Virus record (IMG/VR): IMGVR_UViG_3300027874_000007
Span: 1 to 40,383 of that record
Source: a virus
Taxonomy: Duplodnaviria > Caudoviricetes
Reading direction: 5' to 3' (one strand)
DNA: 40,383 nt
The translations under genes and the position numbers were made by a program. Below, in pieces: positions 23,193-31,329 of the stretch. Position 1 is the stretch's first letter; each line of letters begins with the position of its first letter. The notes beneath the pieces were generated by a model. The model was not told the origin of the DNA. It saw only the letters and a program-made list of their open reading frames with translations, and did no database searches.

Positions 23193-25331
23193 TCAGGGGG
23201 CGAACCAGCGGCGGGGGCGGGAGTGGCCGCGGCGGGAGAAGCCGGCGCGTTTGAGGATATCGGTGACGCGGTGGGTGTCGGTGCCTTTCCAGCGGTCTGG
23301 GGGGAGATGGAGGCAGGCGTCGAGGATCTCGGTGGAGGAGACGTGGGGGAGGGGGGCGATGTAGTCGAGGACGAGGGGTTCCCAGGGGTCGGCGTCGTAG
23401 CGATCGTCTTGGGCGGCGGCGAGGAGAGGGGCGTGAGCGGGGGAGGGCCACCAGGGGGTTCCGGCGCGGAATTCGGAGACGGCTTCGGCCCAGAGCTGGT
23501 CGCGGTCGCGGGTGGCGGCGGGGGGATCGAGGGTGGTGGTGGTGATGGGCCAGAAGCGCCGGGCGCCGGTCGGATCGTGGAGGTAGGCGTCGTCGTTGGT
23601 GGTGCCGATGAAGAGGCACTGGCGGGGGCGGCGACGGAAGGTGCGGGCGTAGGGGGGGCGATAGACGTCGACGGGGCGGGAGAGGAAGTCTTTAATGCGG
23701 GAGGAGGCGATGGCGCGGAAGGCGTCGAGTTCGCCGACTTCGACGAGCCAGTGGCCTTGGAGTTGGTGGGCGGCCTGGTCGGAGGAGAGGTTTGGGAGGT
23801 GGGGGAGGAAGTAGGGGCCGGCGAGGGCGCGGATGAGGGAGGATTTGCCGGCGCCTTGGGGGCCTTCGAGGATGAGCATGTGATCGGCTTGGCAGCCTGG
23901 GGCGAGGATGCGGGCAACGGCGGCGATCAGCGTCCAGGTGCCGACGAGGGACGTGGTGTGGGAGTCTGGGGCACCGGCGTAAGTCTGGAGCCAAGTGGGG
24001 AGGCGGGGCTGCCCGTCCCAGACGAGGGCGTGGAGATAGTCGCGCAGGGGGTGGATGGGGGTGGCGTCGGCGGCGGTCGTGGTGGCGGTGTGTGCGGTAT
24101 CGGGGCCGATGGTCCAGCCGCGGGTGCGGGTGCACCAGTGGGCGACGTAGGTGAGGTGGGCATCGGAGAGGTCGGTGCCGACGGTGGGGGTGGGGTAGCC
24201 GGAGAGGGGAGGAGGCGGGCGGCGCCAGAGGATGCGGTCAGCGAAGGTGTCGTGGGCGAGGGTGCCGGCCCACAGCGGGTCGTTCATCAAGAGGTCGGCG
24301 ACATCGCCGGCGGAGGCGCGGGTGCGTTTGCCGATGGGGTGGAGGCGGGGGCCCGGTGGAGGCGGCGCATCGGCGTCGGTGGGAGGGGGGACGTCCTCGC
24401 GGAGCCCGAGGCTCTGGCGAGCGCGGGTGACGGCGTCGGGGGGAAGGGCGGTGAGGACGGCGGCGGTGGTCAAGTCGGTGCAGTGGGAATGGGAGCAGTG
24501 GAACCAGCCGGGGCCGCCGGGGCGTTGGGGGGCGTAGACGACGGAGGAGCCGTTGAAGCGGGACCCGGTCGAGTGGTCGTCTTCGCGGGGGCAGCGGGCG
24601 GCGGACTTGTCGGGGCCGAGCGGGGGTCCGAGCCAGCCGGCTTCCTCGAGGGCGCGACCGAGGAGCCCATCGCGGACGGCGGCGGCGGTGGGGGTCGCGG
24701 CGTGGACGGGGCGGGTATCGAGGAGCTCCACGAGCCAGGCGGGCGCGTCCGCGACGGGGAGGTCCTCGAGGGAGTAGCCGAGTTCGAAGGTGTAGGGGCG
24801 TCCGGAGCGGTGACCGGAGGGGGCGGCGATGATGTAGCCGCCGTCGGCTTTGAGATCGATGCCGCGGCCGAGGCCGTGGCGGGGGCCGCGGACGTGGGGG
24901 CGATTGGGGCGGGCGAGGAGGAGATGGAGGCCGCCGCCGCCCGTCAACTGGCGGGGCGTATCGGGGAAGGGCCCGTAGCGGGCCTCCAAGTCGGACAAGG
25001 AGGCGTCGCCGCCGTTGCGGGGATCGACATCGACGACGAGGAGGCCGGAGGGGCCGCAGGCGATGGCGAGGTGGGCGCGGGGCCACTCGGACCACCAGCG
25101 GGTGACGGTGGCGGGATCGGTGGTGGCGTCCTTGACGCCGTTCGGGGTGCGGGGGTGTTTGCCGGGGGAGCCGCAGTGGCCGGCGGCGTCGCGGGAGGGG
25201 TGGGTGCGGGGGCACGCGCAGTCGCTTGAGTCCGGGGTGACTTCCCAGCAGGGGAAGACGGCGCACTGGTGGGAGAGGTAGCCGAGGGCGGCGGTGAGGA
25301 GGGGTGAGGGCTCGTGTGCTGGGCCCATCAT
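23193..25331 (-). CDS. Bifunctional primase-polymerase fused to VapE-like helicase
   Basis: AVFPC...GKHP..NGVKDAT, VVDVDPRNGG, TGGGGLH, DLKADGGYIIAAPS; then LEGPQGAGKS, VGELD, FIGTTND..YLHDPTGARRFWPI. Confidence 0.93.
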   Translation of the reverse strand: MMGPAHEPSPLLTAALGYLSHQCAVFPCWEVTPDSSDCACPRTHPSRDAAGHCGSPGKHPRTPNGVKDATTDPATVTRWWSEWPRAHLAIACGPSGLLVVDVDPRNGGDASLSDLEARYGPFPDTPRQLTGGGGLHLLLARPNRPHVRGPRHGLGRGIDLKADGGYIIAAPSGHRSGRPYTFELGYSLEDLPVADAPAWLVELLDTRPVHAATPTAAAVRDGLLGRALEEAGWLGPPLGPDKSAARCPREDDHSTGSRFNGSSVVYAPQRPGGPGWFHCSHSHCTDLTTAAVLTALPPDAVTRARQSLGLREDVPPPTDADAPPPPGPRLHPIGKRTRASAGDVADLLMNDPLWAGTLAHDTFADRILWRRPPPPLSGYPTPTVGTDLSDAHLTYVAHWCTRTRGWTIGPDTAHTATTTAADATPIHPLRDYLHALVWDGQPRLPTWLQTYAGAPDSHTTSLVGTWTLIAAVARILAPGCQADHMLILEGPQGAGKSSLIRALAGPYFLPHLPNLSSDQAAHQLQGHWLVEVGELDAFRAIASSRIKDFLSRPVDVYRPPYARTFRRRPRQCLFIGTTNDDAYLHDPTGARRFWPITTTTLDPPAATRDRDQLWAEAVSEFRAGTPWWPSPAHAPLLAAAQDDRYDADPWEPLVLDYIAPLPHVSSTEILDACLHLPPDRWKGTDTHRVTDILKRAGFSRRGHSRPRRWFAP

Positions 25332-25654
25332 GGGGAGCTGAGGGTGAGCACGGGCCGCGTGGGGAGTGCGGGGCCACTGGGGGTGATGGGATCGGTCCAC
25401 GGGGTGGGGAGTGTGGTGGCGGCGAGGGCGACGGCGCGGACGGCGACCCAAGGATTCGGGTCGCGGCGGACCAGCGTGCCGAGCGCGGAGCGCCACGCGC
25501 AGACCCAAGACGCGTCGGTGTGGGTGGCGTCGGAGACGAGGAGGACACTCTCGCCGTAGGCGTGGAAGAAGTCGAGGAGGAGCCCGCCGTCGGCCCAGCC
25601 AACGCGGTAGGAGCGGGCGAGGAGCGCCCGGAGGTCGTTGAGGGGCACGCTCAT
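25328..25654 (-). CDS. Hypothetical protein
   Basis: ATGA-coupled at both ends. Confidence 0.6.
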   Translation of the reverse strand: MSVPLNDLRALLARSYRVGWADGGLLLDFFHAYGESVLLVSDATHTDASWVCAWRSALGTLVRRDPNPWVAVRAVALAATTLPTPWTDPITPSGPALPTRPVLTLSSP

Positions 25655-25815
25655 GGCAGCGGGCGTCCTCTGATGCCGCGGAGTTCGGCGTCGATATCGC
25701 GGAGGTCGTTGGCGGCATCGGAGACGCCGTGCCAGTCCTGATCGCGGACCTTGGCATCGAGGTAGGCGATGACGACGAGGCGGAGCTGCTCGAGATGGGT
25801 GAGTCGATCCATCAT
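25651..25815 (-). CDS. Hypothetical protein (54 aa, DWHGVSDAANDLR motif)
   Basis: Coupled at both ends. Confidence 0.65.
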   Translation of the reverse strand: MMDRLTHLEQLRLVVIAYLDAKVRDQDWHGVSDAANDLRDIDAELRGIRGRPLP

Positions 25816-25982
25816 CCGGCGGGCTTCTCCTCGAGGGGGAGGAGTTCTTGGCCGCAGCGGCGGCAGCGGATGCGGCAGCCGCCGGCGTCGCGGGCCTGGT
25901 ACTCGCGGGTCTTTTTGGGATGCGGGCAGGGGCGGCCGGCGCCGGCCGAGCGCGACTCGCCGATGGTGCGACGGCGACCCAT
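25812..25982 (-). CDS. Small Zn-finger-like protein
   Basis: CPH...CRRCG; coupled at both ends. Confidence 0.55.
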   Translation of the reverse strand: MGRRRTIGESRSAGAGRPCPHPKKTREYQARDAGGCRIRCRRCGQELLPLEEKPAG

Positions 25983-26341
25983 CACTTGCGCTCGATCTGG
26001 CGTGGAGCGGGTGGTGGAAGGGCTTGGGGACGTGGAACGCCGCCGGGCGGGCTCTGTCCCTGGACATCCCGGGTCCAGAGGCCCGCGTTCCAGCTGACGA
26101 TGAGCCGTTCGATGGCGCGATCCATGTCTTGGCGGTCGACATTGCCGATGAAGGTGAATTCGGGGCCGTCGCGGTTGAAGAGCCAGAGGACGAAGCCCGT
26201 CGGGTGCGAGAGCGTGCGCGCGAGGCGCAGATCGAGGAGCGCGGCGGCGACGCGGGCCTCGTCGTCGAGGGCGCCTTGGAGTTTCGGGTCGACCTTCCGC
26301 TCCGGGGCGGGCAGCGCGCGGGGTTTGCGTGGGCGTTTCAT
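25982..26341 (-). CDS. Hypothetical protein
   Basis: GFVLWLF...FIGNVDRQDM; coupled at both ends. Confidence 0.65.
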   Translation of the reverse strand: MKRPRKPRALPAPERKVDPKLQGALDDEARVAAALLDLRLARTLSHPTGFVLWLFNRDGPEFTFIGNVDRQDMDRAIERLIVSWNAGLWTRDVQGQSPPGGVPRPQALPPPAPRQIERK

Positions 26342-26517
26342 CGTGGATGCTCCATGACGAGGCGGACGATGGTGACGAAGCCCAAGTCGGTGACGAGTGG
26401 CATGCGGCACTCGGAGCCGTCACGGTAATACGGGCAGGGATCGCCCATGTGGAGGATGCGGCTTTCCAGCGCGTGATCGTCGAAGCTGACGCGGCAGCGA
26501 AGGCACGAGAGGATCAT
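26338..26517 (-). CDS. Small Cys-rich protein
   Basis: CLRC...CP...C; ATGA-coupled. Confidence 0.55.
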   Translation of the reverse strand: MILSCLRCRVSFDDHALESRILHMGDPCPYYRDGSECRMPLVTDLGFVTIVRLVMEHPR

Positions 26518-27029
26518 GCGTAGCTGTGCTCCTGGGTGATGAGGCCGTGCTCGATCGCGGCGGCGACGGCGAGCATCACGGCATCGGCGTGGTCCAATTT
26601 GAGCGCTACGCCGGGGAACCGGCGGCAGGCAGCGACGCAGACGGCGTTTTTCCGAGTCACCTTGTCGGTGGTCTCCGGGAGGCCGACCAGCTTCCGCCAG
26701 CGCTGCGGCTGGACCACGGCAAACGGGATCGCGCAGGCGACCAAGAGCGCCGTCCAGAGCCCCTCTCCATATCCGGTCGTGAAGATGGAGGCGCGACCCT
26801 GCCCGGGTCTGGCCCCCTGCGCCTCGAGATAGGCGAAGGTGATCGGGCGCACCCGCTGCAGCGCCTCCAAAAGGGTGACGATGTCGTAGCGGCGGCGCTT
26901 GCCGGTGCCGACAGCGGTCCAAATGACGGGCGTTGCGGTCACATGGATCGACTGATGCCCATCTTCCGCCACCCGAAGGACGGCAAAGGCCCCCGCAAGG
27001 CCGGGATCGCACCCGAGATAGAGGCTCAC
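26514..27029 (-). CDS. RuvC-like Holliday junction resolvase
   Basis: LGCDPG..GA, YLE, GYGEG, VQPQRWRK, DHADAVMLA. Confidence 0.88.
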   Translation of the reverse strand: MSLYLGCDPGLAGAFAVLRVAEDGHQSIHVTATPVIWTAVGTGKRRRYDIVTLLEALQRVRPITFAYLEAQGARPGQGRASIFTTGYGEGLWTALLVACAIPFAVVQPQRWRKLVGLPETTDKVTRKNAVCVAACRRFPGVALKLDHADAVMLAVAAAIEHGLITQEHSYA

Positions 27030-27532
27030 GACATCGCCAACAGGAGTTGTCGGGGCGGATCGAGGCGTGCCGTCATGGCGCGCGTGAATGCACCCGTGCC
27101 AGGGAACAGATCCACGATCTCATCGCCGGGAAGCGCATAGAGCACGTCGAGCACCCAGTGACAGAAGCCCGGCGGCTTGGCACCGATCAGAATGCGTCCA
27201 TTCAGAGACGCGCTCTCCAGATGCCAGTCCCGGACCGTGTCCTCCGTGCGGGGCCGTTTGCGGCCCCCGCGGACGAGGACCGGCTCCCACGCGTAGGCGA
27301 CCGTGACGCCGGCGCGGAAGGGGGTATAGGGCTTCACCCACGCGAGGACGCGCACATCATCTGGACAGAGCGGCAGGAGCTCGCGGAGCGCACTGCTTTT
27401 GGTGGAGAGTGCCCAGCCATCCGGGTACTCGTGGACGAGCTGGTGGATCAGGCGAGGCTGATCCACCTCCGTCTGCTCCGGGTAGTAGCCCGCGTACCCG
27501 GGATAGGGTGGATCGGCATAGGCGAATCTCAT
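27026..27532 (-). CDS. Minimal amino-DNA methyltransferase (beta-class motif order)
   Basis: YADPPY (motif IV), AWVK, AWEPV, AKP, VDLFPGTG (motif I); 168 aa. Confidence 0.85.
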   Translation of the reverse strand: MRFAYADPPYPGYAGYYPEQTEVDQPRLIHQLVHEYPDGWALSTKSSALRELLPLCPDDVRVLAWVKPYTPFRAGVTVAYAWEPVLVRGGRKRPRTEDTVRDWHLESASLNGRILIGAKPPGFCHWVLDVLYALPGDEIVDLFPGTGAFTRAMTARLDPPRQLLLAMS

Positions 27533-27963
27533 GCCGCCTCCCATCGGAGCTTTCCCTGCGTCGGGTGGAGATCGACGCGGGGGCGACTCTCGCGGGACCA
27601 GGATCCACCGCCCACCTCCCCGATCAGCTGAAAGCCTGCGGCGCGGAGGCTCGTACCCGGTTCGCTCTCAAGGATATAGGTGACGCAGCGCTTGTAGCCG
27701 AGCGCGAACGCGGCCCGCCGAGCTGCCCCATAGAGGAAGGAGCAGGCGTTGCGGGTGCCGTCAGTGGCGACGCGGGTGATCTCGACCGTCCAGCCATCAT
27801 CGAGGCGGCGAGCGACCGGGCGCCCGACGATGGCAACCCCGATGATCGTGCCATCCTTCGCAGCTCCTAGGCAGAAGCGGCACCCACGACTAGGTCCGTG
27901 GTGGCGGTGGAACCGCGCCACGTAGGCGTTCGCTTCCCGGAGTGTCAACGGGACGCAGATCAT
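27529..27963 (-). CDS. XF1762-family protein (Mom-like GNAT fold)
   Basis: EANAYVARFHRHH...GVAIVGRPVARRLDDG..EITRVATDGTRNACSFLYGA..ALGY...TYILESEPGTSLRAAGF. Confidence 0.88.
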   Translation of the reverse strand: MICVPLTLREANAYVARFHRHHGPSRGCRFCLGAAKDGTIIGVAIVGRPVARRLDDGWTVEITRVATDGTRNACSFLYGAARRAAFALGYKRCVTYILESEPGTSLRAAGFQLIGEVGGGSWSRESRPRVDLHPTQGKLRWEAA

Positions 27964-28163
27964 GCCGCCTCCGGGCCCCGGGCGCGGGCGATGATGACGA
28001 TCTCGTCGGCTGAGAGGCGCACGTCCACGATGTCCCACCGGCCACCGACCCCCAGCGGCCTCACATATATAGAGGTGCTCGAGCGGGCGGGACTGGCCCG
28101 GAGCCGATCCCGCAGGAGGGCGACGACATGCGCCGCCAAGAGGGGCCGCGGGGCGCTAGCCAT
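27960..28163 (-). CDS. Hypothetical protein
   Basis: Overlap-coupled in the operon. Confidence 0.55.
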   Translation of the reverse strand: MASAPRPLLAAHVVALLRDRLRASPARSSTSIYVRPLGVGGRWDIVDVRLSADEIVIIARARGPEAA

Positions 28164-28392
28164 GGTCCTCGTCCAACAGATGGCGCTCCGCCTCCCGCGC
28201 GATGCACTCCAATGCCTGATCCAGTTGGAGGTGCTCCACGACCGGATAGAGGTAGTGGTACACGGCGCGAACCGTCAGCGGATACGTGCGGAGCCGTGGG
28301 TGCCGGCGGAGCATGCGCTCTATGGCGACGTCGTGCAGCCGGGTCGCCTGTTGACTAGTCATCGTGCCGGCCGTCCTACCGGGAGCGTTCAT
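28156..28392 (-). CDS. Hypothetical protein (start could be 28362)
   Basis: Fills the operon slot. Confidence 0.55.
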   Translation of the reverse strand: MNAPGRTAGTMTSQQATRLHDVAIERMLRRHPRLRTYPLTVRAVYHYLYPVVEHLQLDQALECIAREAERHLLDEDHG

Positions 28393-28594
28393 AGGAGAGC
28401 AGCTCGCACTGCTCGATCAGGCGGTCCGGGGCATCGTGGCCCTGGATGCGGTACAGCAGCCGCCGCCCGCCGGCGTACTCCTCCGTGACGCGCGCGACGA
28501 CTATATAAGGATAGGGCGGGTCGTCGGTGGGGGTCGACACGGCGACGGCAAACGTCACCAGCCCCCCGATCTCGAACCGATGGCCCGTCTCCAT
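28376..28594 (-). CDS. Hypothetical protein, first gene of the replication operon
   Basis: GGGGAGG RBS; small beta-barrel-like sequence. Confidence 0.65.
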   Translation of the reverse strand: METGHRFEIGGLVTFAVAVSTPTDDPPYPYIVVARVTEEYAGGRRLLYRIQGHDAPDRLIEQCELLSYERSR

Positions 28595-28730
28595 CTCCCG
28601 CCCCTCCCCTCAAGGCGGGCGGGTGCCCTCCGCCGCGCCTTGGGTTTCGGCTCTGGGGAGGGCCCGCCGGGGACAGCGGGCAAATAAGAGCCGAGACCGA
28701 GCCACCATCCGCCTCCACCCCCATCCGCCG

Positions 28731-28992
28731 TGCAATGCGGTGCAACGAGAATGCAACGCACGAGACTGCAATAGGGGGGACTTGTGCGCTATGCTGCGGA
28801 CACGCCCGGCATCAGAAGTCCGCGATAATCCTCGATTCCGCTGTCGGGCGATGTAGCAAGCTGCATGGCGAGGTACCCACTCATCGGGTTCGAAGCCTGA
28901 CGCTCTGTCCAACTGAGCTACGGGCGCAGAGTGATTCCGCGGACTTATCATTATGTGGCTACTTGCGTCCAGCGGGTGCAACGGAATGCAAT
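28731..28992. other. attP region: tRNA-derived core with flanking arm-type repeats
   Basis: TGCAAY at 28731, 28741, 28752, 28767 and at 28977, 28987. Inverted AAGTCCGCG..AATC at 28816-28830 and 28933-28946. Lies at the integrase 3' end. Confidence 0.8.
28884..28927 (-). pseudogene. 5' half of tRNA-Arg(TCG) (attP core)
   Basis: GCGCCCG TA GCTC AGTTGGACA GAGC G TCAGG CTTCGAA CCCGA gives the acceptor 5' strand, D arm and anticodon arm. No T arm follows. Confidence 0.88.
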
Positions 28993-30122
28993 GGGGTTTT
29001 TTGTGACAGGCGCTCCGTCTCCTGTCGCGACCGCTCGAGCCGCTCTCGGAGCGCCTCCACGTTGCCCAGGTTGTAGTGCTTGATCATCGACTCCGACTTG
29101 TGGCCGCTGATCGCCATCGCTTCCGCCGTCGAGAGCACGCCCGATGCCAGCATGTCCGTCACCGCGGTGTTCCGCGTGTGGTGGAAGGTGTAGCCGCCCT
29201 CCCGGCGCCCGACCGGCAACCCAGCCGCACGGCACGCCTTCTGCCACGCCTTCTTGAAATCCCCGACGCAGCCGTAGGTCTTGGAGATGTTCTTCACTCG
29301 CCCGGCATGACAGTGCCGACCGTGGAAGAGGTAGGGGCACCAGGGCCGTTCCTTCCCGATCGCAAGGAGCCGCTCGATCTGCGCCATCGCCGCATCGTCC
29401 AGCGGGACGACATGCGGCTCGTCGTTCTTGCACTCCTCCGGTGGCCACTCAATCAAGCGGCGCTCGAGGTTCACCCACGCCGCACGCGTACGCGAGAGCT
29501 GGCCCTTCCGGATGCCGTAGAGGCGGGCAAAGTCCAGCAGCCGGACCACGAAGTCGGGCAGGTGCTCCGCCAAGATCGCGTGGTCTCCACCTTTGATATA
29601 GATGCCCCGCGGACTCTTCGTCTTGATCATCGAGACGTGCGGGACGCCGGCGAGCTCGCCTGCCTGCTTGGCGAGGTTCAGCGCCCGGCGGAGCGACTGG
29701 CACCGCTTGTTGATCGTCACATCGGAGACTGTGCCCTCCGCCTGCCACTTCTCCTGCATCTGATCGATGTGTTTCGAGCGGAGATCGCGGGCCTTCTTCG
29801 TGCCGATGGCGACCTTGAGGACATCCACATGCCCTTGGACGGTCCGGAGCGACGCGGACCCGTTCTTCCGATGATAGGTGATCAAGCGATCAAGGAGTTC
29901 TGAGACGAGGAGCCGGGCTTTCGTCTGGGGCACCCCAGACTCTGACGCAGCGACCGCCAGCGAACGAATTTTTCGGGCTTCCCGGATGTCAGTCGTCTTG
30001 GTCGACCGGAAGACGGTCTGCCCGTCGACGACGGTCGTGTACCAGAGCTTCTCGCCCCACACGCCCGCCTTCGTCAGTCGGCGGTAGAGGCCGGGCTCCA
30101 CTTGGAGGATCGTCTTCGCCAT
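28959..30122 (-). CDS. int: Tyrosine integrase
   Basis: YGIRKGQL (R), CKN (K), FHHTRNT (HxxR), SGHKS, KHYN (Y); start MAKTILQ coupled by TGATG. Confidence 0.95.
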   Translation of the reverse strand: MAKTILQVEPGLYRRLTKAGVWGEKLWYTTVVDGQTVFRSTKTTDIREARKIRSLAVAASESGVPQTKARLLVSELLDRLITYHRKNGSASLRTVQGHVDVLKVAIGTKKARDLRSKHIDQMQEKWQAEGTVSDVTINKRCQSLRRALNLAKQAGELAGVPHVSMIKTKSPRGIYIKGGDHAILAEHLPDFVVRLLDFARLYGIRKGQLSRTRAAWVNLERRLIEWPPEECKNDEPHVVPLDDAAMAQIERLLAIGKERPWCPYLFHGRHCHAGRVKNISKTYGCVGDFKKAWQKACRAAGLPVGRREGGYTFHHTRNTAVTDMLASGVLSTAEAMAISGHKSESMIKHYNLGNVEALRERLERSRQETERLSQKTPLHSVAPAGRK

Positions 30123-30313
30123 CACGCCGGCTCCTTCGGGAGCGGCGTCTCCAAGTAGGCGAGGATCGCCCGCTCGCAGATCGCGCGCAGCGGCATCCGC
30201 TCTTGGGCGGCGCGGATCTTCAATGCCTTCCACTGCTCGACGGGAAGGGCGATCGTCGTGGTGATGGGCTTCGGGGGGGTCTGTGGAGGGGCCTTCTTGT
30301 AGGGTGTTGTCAT
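30122..30313 (-). CDS. Ribbon-helix-helix DNA-binding protein
   Basis: TTTIALPVEQWKALKIRAAQERMPLRAICERAILAYL. Confidence 0.85.
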   Translation of the reverse strand: MTTPYKKAPPQTPPKPITTTIALPVEQWKALKIRAAQERMPLRAICERAILAYLETPLPKEPA

Positions 30314-30353
30314 GCCCCATATCGTACTGTCGCTGCATGGAAATAGCAATAGG

Positions 30354-30770
30354 TCAGGTGCCTTGGAGGGTGCAGGCCTCGATCCAGCGCCGCACCGCCC
30401 GCCGGGACCACTCGACGCGGCCCCCCTCGCAGTGCTGGCGGCGACCGGGGATCGCGTCGGGCGGCTGATGGCGGATCCACGAGACGGAGCGGTGGATCAT
30501 CCGCGCCAGCTCGTGAATGCCGATGTAGTCGTCGGGTGGTTCGGGGGATTGCGGCATCGCACGGAGCTGCAGGAAGCGCTTGATCGCCCGCGTCTGCATG
30601 TCCGTCGTGCCGACGAGGACGCCGAGCACGGCGTCGGGGTCGCTCCAGTCCTCAAGGCCGAAGGTCGCTGCGCGTCTCAGCAGGGCACCGGGCTTCCGTC
30701 CATTGCCACCGTCACCCGCATCGCCCTGCATGGCAGGAGGGGTGTAGACCTCCGCTCTGGCTTCTGTCAA
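30354..30770 (-). CDS. Excisionase/AlpA-like wHTH protein
   Basis: YIGIHELARMIHRSVSWIR...GGRVEWSRRAVRRWIE; start uncertain. Confidence 0.7.
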   Translation of the reverse strand: MTEARAEVYTPPAMQGDAGDGGNGRKPGALLRRAATFGLEDWSDPDAVLGVLVGTTDMQTRAIKRFLQLRAMPQSPEPPDDYIGIHELARMIHRSVSWIRHQPPDAIPGRRQHCEGGRVEWSRRAVRRWIEACTLQGT

Positions 30771-30807
30771 GGTGGGGTCGTAGCGTAACGGAAAGCATGT
30801 CGAAGAC

Positions 30808-30847
30808 TTCTGAATGGTATCAGAAACGACACGTTTCGGCGCGAAAC
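30808..30847. promoter_or_regulatory. Interlocking operator-like palindromes over a leftward -10
   Basis: TTCTGA-atggta-TCAGAA, GAAACG-aca-CGTTTC, GTTTCG-gcg-CGAAAC. The first spacer reads TACCAT on the minus strand. Confidence 0.55.
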
Positions 30848-30859
30848 TGCCGAATTTTC

Positions 30860-31147
30860 CTATCGCTTCCGACGTGGCCTCCGCGTGGGCTTCTTCTTCT
30901 GGAGGTCTTGGAGGAGTCGCAGCTGCTCCGTCAGGACGGCAATCTGCTCCCGCGCCCGCAGGAGTTCATCGCGGTTCGTGCAATGCTCCCGCAGCAGATC
31001 ACGCACCAGCTCCGACTGCGTGAGGCTCCCTAACCGTGGCCGCTGACTCTCCACGTAGTCACGTGTCACGGCGTCGAGACTTAGACCCAGCCGTTTCACG
31101 GCCCACCCTTTTCGTGTCCGCTTTACCGGAGGTGTCGGGCTTGTCAC
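30860..31147 (-). CDS. RHH plus coiled-coil regulator (candidate immunity repressor)
   Basis: KRLGLSLDAVTRDYVESQ...TQSELVRDLLREH followed by leucine heptads; divergent from the plus-strand operon. Start uncertain (31099/31147/31243). Confidence 0.65.
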   Translation of the reverse strand: MTSPTPPVKRTRKGWAVKRLGLSLDAVTRDYVESQRPRLGSLTQSELVRDLLREHCTNRDELLRAREQIAVLTEQLRLLQDLQKKKPTRRPRRKR

Positions 31148-31198
31148 GCCCTTTTTTTGCGCGAACCCGCGCTTTTTTGCCACCAATCGTTTTCTCAC

Positions 31199-31227
31199 TG
31201 GACTATGTGTGATCCATCGTCTATAGA
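31199..31227 (+). promoter_or_regulatory. Putative rightward sigma70-type promoter
   Basis: TGGACT-N17-TATAGA in an AT-rich divergent gap. Confidence 0.4.
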
Positions 31228-31329
31228 TGCGCCTCTTCGGCACAACTTGCGACGCGACCGTTCCCGCAAATCACTCCTCCAGTCAAGACCGGTACACGGG
31301 GGGAACGGCACCATCTCTGGGAGGATGGG

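Noticed and set aside
23223-25229. 668-aa Gly-rich plus-strand ORF and other long ORFs over the primase gene
   Set aside because: Antisense or alternate-frame shadows caused by extreme C-ending codon use; the primase-helicase frame has the real motifs.
28662-28688. GCCCGC/GCGGGC hairpin as an intrinsic terminator
   Set aside because: No U-tract follows the stem on either strand.
28801-28927. Complete or intron-containing tRNA-Arg using CGGGCGT-G at 28808-28801 as the acceptor 3' strand
   Set aside because: The preceding 17 nt do not form a T arm (no GTTCRA loop, no stem) and there is no CCA, so it is treated as a half-tRNA.
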